Positions 11,208 through 21,965 of a stretch of 64,000 bases of DNA are shown here, in pieces. Position numbers and translations under genes: made by a program. The notes beneath the pieces are model-generated. The model searched no databases, had not been told where the DNA came from, and saw only the letters and a program-made list of their open reading frames with translations. Position 1 is the stretch's first letter. Each line of letters begins with the position of its first letter. This DNA comes from Raja brachyura (lineage: Eukaryota): contig OY740792.1 of assembly GCA_963514005.1 (NCBI GenBank), positions 31,496,001 through 31,560,000 on the forward strand, given 5' to 3'.

Positions 11208-11879
11208 TTACAGCACCACTCATTTCATGAGAGCCTGGAAACATACTGGACTAGATCCCCCTGCAAAGTGCTACTGCCTGAGGTCCTCTCACACACACAT
11301 TGCTTGAGGTCCTCTCACACCATGCCCAAAAGTGTGGGTTCAGCAGAAATAATGCCTGCAGGGTTTGGTTTTGCTGAGTTTTGGAAAATTGTCATTGATT
11401 TCTAACAGTTGACAATGAGACATTTAAAAATCATGAGCATTGACCAATCATTAAAATGTTTTGTTTGAAAACTTATCACACCTAAATAAATGATTAAGAG
11501 ATTTTAAGGAAGGAAATTATATTTACATTCCGACCCATTCCCCTACAGTCCCGATTGGTATCAATGGGTTCACATTTACAGAGGCATTTCTCCAGTGCGA
11601 TGCTGGAGAATCATGGAACGTTTGGACTCTGTGTGAAGTCCACACTTGAGAAGGTTTGGCCTTTCATACGTGTCAGTAAATCCCAAATGTCTGCTTTTGA
11701 CAATGAATGCACGGAAATCCAGGACTCAATGCTGATAAGCAGTTGAATTCTAACAGCTCCGATCAAATCCTGTCAGCAGGATTCAGGACAACCAGCTGGC
11801 AAGTTCTGCACATACATACACATCAAAGAGCCCTGCTTCCCAAAATCTGTCCATAATACAGTCATTAAGTTTATATCAC

Positions 11880-11997
11880 AGTGATCACAGCCATGATCAT
11901 TGTGAATGGCGGTGCTGGCTCGAAAGGCCGAAAGGCCTACTCCTGCACCTATTGTCCATTGTCTATTGTCTATTGTCTATCTCTATCGTCTATATTG
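11880..11997 (+). mobile_element. CR1 LINE extreme 3' end
   Basis: GGCCTACTCCTGCACCTATTGTC followed by a (CTATTGT)-like tail, same as 39615-39657. Confidence 0.8.
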
Positions 11998-14754
11998 CTG
12001 CTGCTCTATTTTATGTTACAAGTGTTGGAATTTAGCCAAAAATTTGCTCTATGCACAAATTATAATTGAAGTCAATTTGCAGGGGGGTTGTGCATACAGG
12101 CAGGCAGTGGGGTATTCACAGGTTGACCCAGAGGACAAGGAAGTGGGCACAAGGTTGGAGCAATTCCCTGAGGGAGTCTGTTGATCTAATGATACTCGGC
12201 ATTTTCTGCAAAAACACTTTTGATTGAGTGAAGCTTTATTTGCCGACAATGTCATGGAGATGAAAATTCAAATTGCATAAATTTTTCTACATCTTTTCCA
12301 CGCATTTACTCCTCTTATTTTTTAACCTTTCACACATAGCAAATCTCTTTCTTTTACAACACCCCTCATTTAAGAACGGCTGTTTATGAAATGTTATTTT
12401 GAAGTGATGGGATATTTCTGACAGGGAATAGAAGGCACACTACAATATCCCAAAGCTACATCAGAAAATCAAAGCAATGTCAACAGAGTGTCTGCCGTGC
12501 ATCACTGTTGCTGCAAGGGTTTTAATTTTGCTTTGCCTTTCAGTCATGTACAAACTACTAAGCAGGCATTCCATCAGAGTGCCAGCATTCATCATGCATT
12601 TGAATATTGTAAGTCTGGCTTCTGTAAACGATATAAGGAATAAATATAATTAATATGTTCATTTGAAATATGAGAAATTGCTTCATTACACATCTGAAGC
12701 ATTCACTTTATTCCAGGCATCAAACTAAAACATACCACACGATATGCTTGTTAGTGATTCCAACCTGCATGTGATGCACAGTTTCCTGTGTTCTGATATA
12801 AACAGATAAAGAAATATGTACCACAGGGGATTTTTTTTAAAATGAAGACAAATCCTTTTGATTCTGCACTTGGTGCATTTTATCACGAGGATTGTAATGC
12901 TTGTCCAGACCTGGGAAATATATCACTATCTTTGCTGATAATGTGACTTTTCACGAGTCAAAAACACTCCATTCAACTGAGATTTGGGACAGAATGAAGC
13001 AGTATAGAAATAGCTGCTTATTAATTCTACAGCTGGAAAACTCTTGACATCAGTCAAATTTAGCTTAACCTTTATCTGCACTGAAGGAAAATGAGCAGAA
13101 ACTTAGTTCTTCCCATTTTACTGAAGGATTTTTGGAGGCAGTGTTTCACAAAACATAGATGCCAGAAATATATCCAATCCCAATTGGAGTCAGGCATTTT
13201 TCTGACGCCTGTGTGCCAGGTTCATGTAGGCCAAGGGTCTTTTTCCTGGAACATGGATTATCCTGAATAAAGTCCACTTGTGCTTGTTCTCCTGATGAGC
13301 CCCTGCCATCGAGGTGACCAAACTAAAGATTCCCTGAAGAGCCATGGTGGTTCCCGTCTGTTCATTATTGCTGGTTTACCGGTGGGAAAAGGAGGCACAA
13401 CTGAATACTATGCCGGCTTAAGGTGTCTCCTGGATGTTGACTCCAATGAATCTGATCAGTCGGAGACCAAGTTCCAATAACTCCACAACCCACCAAAGAC
13501 CGGCACAAGAGAAATCTCACCCCACCCCACAACTATGGCTGGTGAGTTCATCCCCAATGTACAGGAATAAAAGCAGCGGAAACCCAACTCAAATATAGAT
13601 TCCACTTCCTGTTTCTGACCAAAATGGCTGGCCTTTTATATGTCTCACAGGGAGGACTATGGATCAAATTAAATGGTTTATTCTAAGAAGGTTGAGATTT
13701 GGGTTGGAATTCTCCAGTCAGTGGCCATTGTTAAACTGTGAGTGGAAACTAGGATTGGTCCCAGCCAAGGATTTTCCATTGGAATTGTCGGAATTGATCA
13801 TAACTCCGCAGACAACTGTGGTCTGATCCTTGAGTATTTCTGGTATTTTTGTTTTTTATTTTACAGTACTTAGCTTCCACTTAAATACGAGCTGGAATTT
13901 TCTACTAGAATGTTAGAATATTTGTTCTGAATAACACAACACATTATGCTAAGATTTATGTTTTAAAATATAAATATGTTGGATTGCTTATGTTAGACTA
14001 AATGGGTCATTTAGTTACCCACCAGACAGTGTTATTGGGAATCTGATGTTAAACTTCAGGAAGCTAGTTATCACAATCAAGGATATGTCACAAGTAAATA
14101 TGTAGGTTTCAGATTATAAGACATGTAAATGATTGAAAGAAATTGTTCCTGATAAAGTAACTTTGGATAAGCCAAACCTGACATATTGTGTACTGGAGTT
14201 TTGGAACACAGACCCAGCAGCATAAAAATAGATGAATATTTCTTTCTGCGGCATCTGAAATGCTGATGATGGTAAATTTAGCCAGGCCTCTGATGCAGAG
14301 ATTGAACACTTAGAATATCTTTCCAATGAAATGAATTGTCCAAACTGCATTTGAATAAATTCCACTCAAGTAGAATACTGTCACTTTTAAACAAGTGCCA
14401 ATTTGTGTAATTTCCACTCCAACTGATGTTTTTCTTCTATTTGATTCTGTATTGTGCACTTCCTAATTTAAGCAGTGGGCGTAGAATCTGAAGTGTGGCA
14501 GAGAATATCTGAAAAGGCATAAAATTATGCTGGTACTAGGTCTGTGAAGCTGAATATTCATGTGGCAATGGTCATAATCATGTACTTATTCACTGCAAAG
14601 CCAACCTGTCAGCAGAGAGCATGGAAGTCTGATCTAAGTCAAGCATGGTAATTTGACAAATATGTGACAGGAAGAACTCGAATGTGAGGTTACCTTTCCC
14701 ATGGCATTTTGACAGGCTGTGGTTCTCTATGCCAAACAATTGAATTCCAGGATA

Positions 14755-15357
14755 TCTCAAATATACGTCCTATCGAAAAGACAGACAGGTGAGCAGAGGG
14801 GGTGAGGTAGTTTTGTTGGTAAGGAATGAAATTCAGTCCATTGCGAGGGGTGACATAGAATCAGGAGATGTGGAGTCAGTATGGACAAAACTGAAGAATT
14901 GTAAGGGTAAAAAGACCATAATGGGACTTATCTACAGCCCCCCAAAGAGTAGCCTGGATATAGGGTGCAAGTTGAATCAAGAGTTAAAATTAGCATGTTG
15001 CAAAGGTAATGCTACGGCCGTTATAAGAGATTTCAACATGCAGGTAGACTGGGAAAATCAGGTTAGTACTGGCCCCCTATCAAGGGAGTTGGTGGAGTGC
15101 CTCCATGATGGATTCTTAGAGCAGCTTGTATTGTAGCCTACCAGGGAGAAGGCAATTCTGGATTTAGTGTTGTGTAATGAACCGGATTTGATAAGGGAAC
15201 TCAAGGTAAAGGAGCCATTAGGAGGTAGTGACCATAATATGATGAGTTTTAATCTACAATTTGAGAGGAAGAAGGGAAAATTGGAAGTGTCAGTATTACA
15301 GTTGAGCAAAGGAGACTATGGAACCATGAGGGAGGAGCTGGCCAAAGTTGAGTGGAA
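14755..15357 (+). pseudogene. CR1 ORF2 apurinic-endonuclease fragment (copy 1)
   Basis: Motifs RGGEVVLLV, IYSPP, DFN, ILDLVLCN and LGGSDHN. In-frame stop. Confidence 0.85.
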
Positions 15358-15701
15358 AGAGTTTGTGTCTTCACCCTCAGGAAGGCTGATCTAACTTCTG
15401 CAACCCTGGGAAAAGGCACACTCAAGTCTGATGGGATGGATGCCCCATTGTTCTTGAAAGAGAGCAAAGCACTTAGAATACATAGAAAGAAGCACGAAAA
15501 GAGGACCTACACAGTTTCCAGTGTAAATAGACTCAATTGAACTCTGCTGTGGACAATTAACTGGATAGCTTCCACAGAAGGGCTTTGGTCTTAAAGGCAC
15601 ATTCCCCATAGCAGACAGACTGCAGCAATCACATGACCTCCATGGAGGGGCGAGAGGCGAGAGGAGAGAGGCGAGAGGCTCTGGGGATATGAAGAGACTT
15701 A

Positions 15702-16452
15702 TGCCCCTGTCCCACTTAGGAAACCTGAATGGAAACCTCTGGTGACCTTGCGCCCCACCCAAGGTTTCCATGAGGTTCCCGGAGGTTCTGGTCACTCTCC
15801 CTAATGGTCGAAAGTGGTTACCGCATGGTTCTTCTATGTTCCTTCAATTATTTCAATGGCTGTTTGGTTGAACCCGGTGGAGTGGGGTCGCTATTTACTT
15901 ACAGGCAGTCGAAGGCAATCTCCTTCCCTGACCGGCCATTTTGATTGGCTCATTGGAGTTTTCAGGACCTAGAAGATCCGCCGGAAGGTAAAATGCCCGC
16001 TAAACTTGATTAAACTTCTTAAAACTGTCTCCACTNNNNNNNNNNNNNNNNNNNNNNNNNNNNNNNNNNNNNNNNNNNNNNNNNNNNNNNNNNNNNNNNN
16101 NNNNNNNNNNNNNNNNNNNNNNNNNNNNNNNNNNNNNNNNNNNNNNNNNNNNNNNNNNNNNNNNNNNNNNACTTACCGTGTTCTGTAGCAGCTGTTTCCC
16201 TTCCTCTTCATCGCGCAGACAGCGCTCCATCGCTGTCCCTGGCCCCCACCATCGCGATGTGTTTGTGTGTGTGTGTGTGTGTGCGGTCGGTAGCAAAGAT
16301 CCTGTAGGATCTTTGGTCAGTAGTTGCAGCTCACGCTTCGGTCGAGGCTTTCCAGGCGAGTAACCAAAACCTCTGCCGACTCATGGAAACATTGGGTGGG
16401 GCGCAAGGTCACCAGAGGTTTCTGTTCAGGTTTCCTAAGTGAGACAGGGGCA
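15702..16452. mobile_element. PIF/Harbinger-type MITE (duplication copy 1; contains the gap)
   Basis: TIR TGCCCCTGTCCCACTTAGGAAACCTGAA with TTA TSD on both sides. Confidence 0.85.
16036..16170. other. Assembly gap (N run) at a CT-rich tract
   Basis: N run. The paralogous position 17996-18149 is CT-rich low-complexity sequence. Confidence 0.99.
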
Positions 16453-16693
16453 TTACAGTGCTTACATTGAGTACATGGCCTGATACCATTGAACAAAATA
16501 TTGGTGAGCCCACAGTTGGAGTACTTATTCACTGCAAAGCCAACCTGTGAGCAGAGAGCATGGAAGTCCGATCTAAGTCAAGCATGGTAATTTGACAAAT
16601 ATGTGACAGGAAGAACTCGAATGTGAGGTTACCTTTCCCATGGCATTTTGACAGGCTGTGGTTCTCTATGCCAAACAATTGAATTCCAGGATA

Positions 16694-17296
16694 TCTCAAA
16701 TATACGTCCTATCGAAAAGACAGACAGGTGAGCAGAGGGGGTGAGGTAGTTTTGTTGGTAAGGAATGAAATTCAGTCCATTGCGAGGGGTGACATAGAAT
16801 CAGGAGATGTGGAGTCAGTATGGACAAAACTGAAGAATTGTAAGGGTAAAAAGACCATAATGGGACTTATCTACAGCCCCCCAAAGAGTAGCCTGGATAT
16901 AGGGTGCAAGTTGAATCAAGAGTTAAAATTAGCATGTTGCAAAGGTAATGCTACGACCGTTATAAGAGATTTCAACATGCAGGTAGACTGGGAAAATCAG
17001 GTTAGTACTGGCCCCCTATCAAGGGAGTTGGTGGAGTGCCTCCATGATGGATTCTTAGAGCAGCTTGTATTGTAGCCTACCAGGGAGAAGGCAATTCTGG
17101 ATTTAGTGTTGTGTAATGAACCGGATTTGATAAGGGAACTCAAGGTAAAGGAGCCATTAGGAGGTAGTGACCATAATATGATGAGTTTTAATCTACAATT
17201 TGAGAGGAAGAAGGGAAAATTGGAAGTGTCAGTATTACAGTTGAGCAAAGGAGACTATGGAACCATGAGGGAGGAGCTGGCCAAAGTTGAGTGGAA
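16694..17296 (+). pseudogene. CR1 ORF2 endonuclease fragment (copy 2)
   Basis: Duplicate of 14755-15357. Confidence 0.85.
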
Positions 17297-17661
17297 AGAG
17301 TTTGTGTCTTCACCCTCAGGAAGGCTGATCTAACTTCTGCAATCCTGGGAAAAGGCACACTCAAGTCTGATGGGATGGATGCCCCATTGTTCTTGAAAGA
17401 GAGCAAAGCACTTAGAATACATAGAAAGAAGCACAAAAAGAGGACCTACACAGTTTCCAGTGTAAATAGACTCAATTGAACTCTGCTGTGGACAATTAAC
17501 TGGATAGCTTCCACAGAAGGGCTTTGGTCTTTAAGGCACATTCCCCATAGCAGACAGACTGCAGCAATCACATGACCTCCATGGAGGGGCGAGAGGCGAG
17601 AGGCGAGAGGCGAGAGGCGAGAGGCGAGAGGCGAGAGGCTCTGGGGATATGAAGAGACTTA

Positions 17662-18428
17662 TGCCCCTGTCCCACTTAGGAAACCTGAATGGAAACCTCT
17701 GGTGACCTTGCGCCCCACCCAAGGTTTCCATGAGGTTCCCGGAGGTTCTGGTCACTCTCCCTAATGGTCGAAAGTGGTTACCACATGGTTCTTCTATGTT
17801 CCTTCAATTATTTCAATGGCTGTTTGGTTGAACCCGGTGGAGTGGGGTCGCTATTTACTTACAGGCAGTCGAAGGCAATCTCCTTCCCTGACCGGCCATT
17901 TTGATTGGCTCATTGGAGTTTTCAGGACCTAGAAGATCCGCCGGAAGGTAAAATGCCCGCTAAACTTGATTAAACTTCTTAAAACTGTCTCCACTCCTTC
18001 TACCCCCCTTCTCCCCTTCTCCCCCTTCTCTCCCCCCTTCTCTCTCCCCTTCTCTCTCCCCTTCTCTCTCCCGGTCTCACTCTCCTTCTCACTCTCCTTC
18101 TCTCCCCTTCTTTCCCCTTCTCTCCCTCCCTCCCGCGCTCTCTAAAGGACTTACCGTGTTCTGTAGCAGCTGTTTCCCTTCCTCTTCATCGCGCAGACAG
18201 CGCTCCATCGCTGTCCCTGGCCCCCACCATCGCGATGTGTTTGTGTGTGTGTGTGTGTGCGGTCGGTAGCAAAGATCCTGTAGGATCTTTGGTCAGTAGT
18301 TGCAGCTCACGCTTCGGTCGAGGCTTTCCAGGCGAGTAACCAAAACCTCTGCCGACTCGTGGAAACATTGGGTGGGGCGCAAGGTCACCAGAGGTTTCTG
18401 TTCAGGTTTCCTAAGTGAGACAGGGGCA
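17662..18428. mobile_element. PIF/Harbinger-type MITE (duplication copy 2)
   Basis: Same TIRs and TTA TSD as 15702-16452. Confidence 0.88.
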
Positions 18429-18542
18429 TTACAGTGCTTACATTGAGTACATGGCCTGATACCATTGAACAAAACATTGGTGAGCCCACAGTTGGAGTAC
18501 TGCGTGCATAGTTGGAGTACTGGGTGTAAAAAAGATCCTTAA

Positions 18543-18868
18543 TGGGCCTGTCCCACTGGCAATGTTTAGGCAACTGCCGGTGACTGTCATAGCCGTAGCA
18601 GGTTGCCGTAAAACCGATAACAACCTACATCATGCTGGCAACACCCTACGTCAGCACCTATATCAGGAGAAGTCAAGATAAACTCATTGGCGTCAAACCC
18701 ACTGTCGGCGAAAAATTTTCAACATGTTGAAAATTTAGCGGCGACCAGAAATATGCTATGACTAATTGCACAACTGAGGAGACTACTCCCGGTGACCACC
18801 GGCGAACATGTGGCGACAAACTAGTCGCCTGTAGTTGCCTAAAAAATCGCCTAAGTGAAACAGGCCCA
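18543..18868. mobile_element. PIF/Harbinger-type MITE
   Basis: TAA|TGGGCCTGTCCCACT...AGTGAAACAGGCCCA|TAA. Confidence 0.82.
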
Positions 18869-20630
18869 TAATAATATTGCTAACACTGGAGGCCTTGTGT
18901 TACAAGGAGAGAGCGGATAAATTGGGACTAGTTTGCCTGGAGTGAAGGAAGCTGAGGTGTGACCTGAGAGTTTTGTAAAATTATGAGGGGCATAGTTTGG
19001 GTAGAGATTCAGAGTCTTTATACCATGGTAGGAGAGTGGAAAACAAAACAACCAATGCTTATCCTTTTCTGGTGTAAACCTTTCCATTTTGGTTTCATTC
19101 ACATCCGAACGATTCAACAGATTTTGCCCCCTTGTCCATCTAAGTGGCAACATCCTCATCATAATGCCGCTACTTCATGTCCTTATTCAGGATTTGTTCA
19201 GAAGGTGGATGCAAGGATCTGGATTTGGACATCTCGATGTATGTCCTGAGCCACTTCAGATTCCCCGGTCCTGAAGGAATCCCACAGTCAGTTTCAGTGC
19301 CAGGTTTCAGTGCATTATTGTTCCCTACAAATGATCATGGTGTAACGTGACCCAGGATAAGCACCAATATTCTCCTCCCTTTAAGCACCAGGTCCATGCA
19401 GAACAAACAACACCCACCCATAGAAATCCCAGAAAAACAATTGTGTGGGATTGGAATCCAAAGCCTTATGAGTCAAAGATAGTTCAGAAGGTACAGTGAC
19501 AATCAAAACTGGCCTTCCAGTTTTGTTTTTATACAAACCTCCTCAAATATAACACTCCAACTTCTAAAAAGATGGTGATCAGTGTGAAGTCACCATGTGT
19601 TTATCTATATAAGGTTAGGATAGGGCATAGTTAAGATCTGAAAACCTATTTGGTAGAACTGCCATAATTATACTCACGGAGTACACGTTGTGAGCAATCT
19701 CTCAATGTTTAAAGTTGTGTTTTTGGTTTAAAGCTGTGTTTTTCTTTTAAACCGTATCAGCATTGCAATCTTGAAAGAGGTATCTTACCAGGAACATCCG
19801 AAATTATATTATCTACCAGCATAGTCGTGACTCCTGTGGCACATTGTGAGATGGGCTTGGGTAGATAAGTGCTGAGATAAGGTTCCTAATATCAGGTCTT
19901 GTCTCTCCAAGATAAGGGATTCTGCAGCAAGCTGGTCCAACTGCTGAACTATCAAGGTCAGGTGATTTGGCAAGGACCGGGATTGTTTCCAGCAAGTATG
20001 GAGCCTGGAACCAGGTGCACTAGCAGGGTCAGTTACTAGAGGTCACTTCTGGGATAAGTGCCAGTCATTCCCAACTCTTCCCAAGATGGATGGTAACAAC
20101 ATCATGTATTTCTGCAACCTTCAGACTGAGGAAGTGACAGTAAATAGTCCTTCCCTGGAGCAAACTCAAAGGCACATTGAGTCAGTCCTTGAGCAAAACA
20201 GGAGGGGAAAAATGGTGGAAAAATAGGAAATCATGGACATAGGACTAGAGATGAGCGTACGATGGAGGTGACATAAGTGTACAAAGGAGGAATGAAGCGG
20301 GGGTTGATTGGGGAGGTGGGAGGTGGTGGGGAAAATTAGTGTTCACCAGGGTAAGGGAGAAAGAAAAAAGGGAAGGGGACAAGAAATGGGCATTAATTGA
20401 TATTGGAGAATAGTAAGATTGAACGAGAACTTACCAGTTCGAAGGTTGATCTTTATTTTATGAGGAGTCGAAGTGAGGGATTTCGTGAAGAGCTCGCCGG
20501 CGCGCATGCTCGACATACTTCAAAGTAGCGGCGTGGAATCACAGAACCAACAATAGAAATGACTTTGCATAGTATGATTGAATTGACTAAGATTACCAGA
20601 TGAAGGTGATTGAGGGTTGGGCGAGGAGGG

Positions 20631-20743
20631 CACGAAATCCCTCACTTCGACTCCTCATAAAATAAAGATCAACCTTCGAACTGGTAAGTTTTCGTTCAAT
20701 CTTACTATTTCATTTCGGAGTCACGTGAGTGACTTCGTGAAGA
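20631..20743. promoter_or_regulatory. DIRS internal complementary region (circle-junction template)
   Basis: 20631-20709 is the reverse complement of 20409-20487 (one mismatch seen). 20708-20743 is the reverse complement of the 5' terminus at ~25688-25723. Confidence 0.93.
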
Positions 20744-20885
20744 CTTCAAAGCTTCTGTGATTACACGCCCTGGACCACGTCCATGCTGACACACCACTAC
20801 CAGGGATGGATGGGAGGAACAAACTTGCTCAATAGTTCATACTGCAAAACAAGAGCATATTTATTAATAACAAATCAAAAACCCC

Positions 20886-21965
20886 TCATGCGGGGACATC
20901 TCCACGTTCTTGACCTGCATTCAGCACGGCTTCTGCGAACTGTAGAGGAGCAGCAACAGGCTTGTTATAAAAACGCTGGAACACAGCTTCATTCGCCCAT
21001 CCTGCTGTGGCGAGAATTTGGTCCATGGGCACCTCCATGACCCTCGCCGCTGACGTCGATGCAGCCCTGGTGGAATGAGACTTGAACACATTAGTGTCGA
21101 TACCTGACTTACCCAAGACGACTCGAAGCCACCTGGATATCGTCTGGACTGTCACTCGATGATGAGGTCTCTTATGAGTGACAAGCAGGTATCTCTCCAT
21201 TCCTCTGATGCGTGCCGTCACCTTGACATAGTGGCGGATATGTGAGGCTAAACATAGCCTAGCATCTGCGGGGTATGCCGGGAACTTCAGCTGCAGCCCT
21301 GTGCACCCAGGTCTATGCTGCTTTAGTAGCTCGTCAATGAAAAAGACTACTTCTGTAGGGGTAGCTGTCATTCTGTCGACACGATGTTTGTGTAGTGTCT
21401 GTACCCTCTGAGCTGAAGTCAGCGCTAGTAACATCACCAGCTTCATGGTGAGTTGGTCCAGTTGGAGCCCTTCCATGGGAGACCACGTCCTGAGCAGGGT
21501 TAATACGTCCCTGACATCCCAGGTGATATTATAGCGTGGTGTAGGCGGATTCATATTGAATATACCCCGCATGAGTCTGGACACTAGCCTGTTGGATCCT
21601 ACCCCAATCTTGAGGTAGAATGATAGCGCACTTCTGGCGCTGTTGATGGCACTGTAACTTAAGTGTTCATCATGGTGCAACCCCGCGAGGAATTCCAGGA
21701 CGTCGGTTATTGTCACGTCATCGTACGTGATGCGAGAGCGGCTGCAGTAGGCTTCCCACTTCTTAATATGCGAGCGGTATCTTCGCCTTGTGGACTCTCG
21801 ACACGACGCCCCGATGGTATCCATGGTCCGAGCCGAGAGGCCGTATTGGACTAACGGCCTGTTCAGAACCTGCAAGCCAACAAATTTAAATAGCCATGGC
21901 AGGGATGTGGCTCCCCTGAGACAGGGTGAGTAACCAATTGTGGGCAACCCTTCAAAAGGACCCAA
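20886..21965 (-). CDS. DIRS tyrosine recombinase (true start uncertain)
   Basis: N-terminal SAM-like region (YRSHIKKW, SYSAINSARSALS). Catalytic R (SAQR), K (LLKQ), HSTR, GW and FY are all present. Confidence 0.95.
   Translation of the reverse strand: MGPFEGLPTIGYSPCLRGATSLPWLFKFVGLQVLNRPLVQYGLSARTMDTIGASCRESTRRRYRSHIKKWEAYCSRSRITYDDVTITDVLEFLAGLHHDEHLSYSAINSARSALSFYLKIGVGSNRLVSRLMRGIFNMNPPTPRYNITWDVRDVLTLLRTWSPMEGLQLDQLTMKLVMLLALTSAQRVQTLHKHRVDRMTATPTEVVFFIDELLKQHRPGCTGLQLKFPAYPADARLCLASHIRHYVKVTARIRGMERYLLVTHKRPHHRVTVQTISRWLRVVLGKSGIDTNVFKSHSTRAASTSAARVMEVPMDQILATAGWANEAVFQRFYNKPVAAPLQFAEAVLNAGQERGDVPA

Larger units (their letters stand above)
14582..18500. repeat. ~1.94-kb direct tandem duplication (copy 1 14582-16520, copy 2 16521-~18500)
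   Basis: Near-identical sequence at offset 1939. ORFs 14789/16728 and 15167/17106 are duplicated. Confidence 0.95.
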
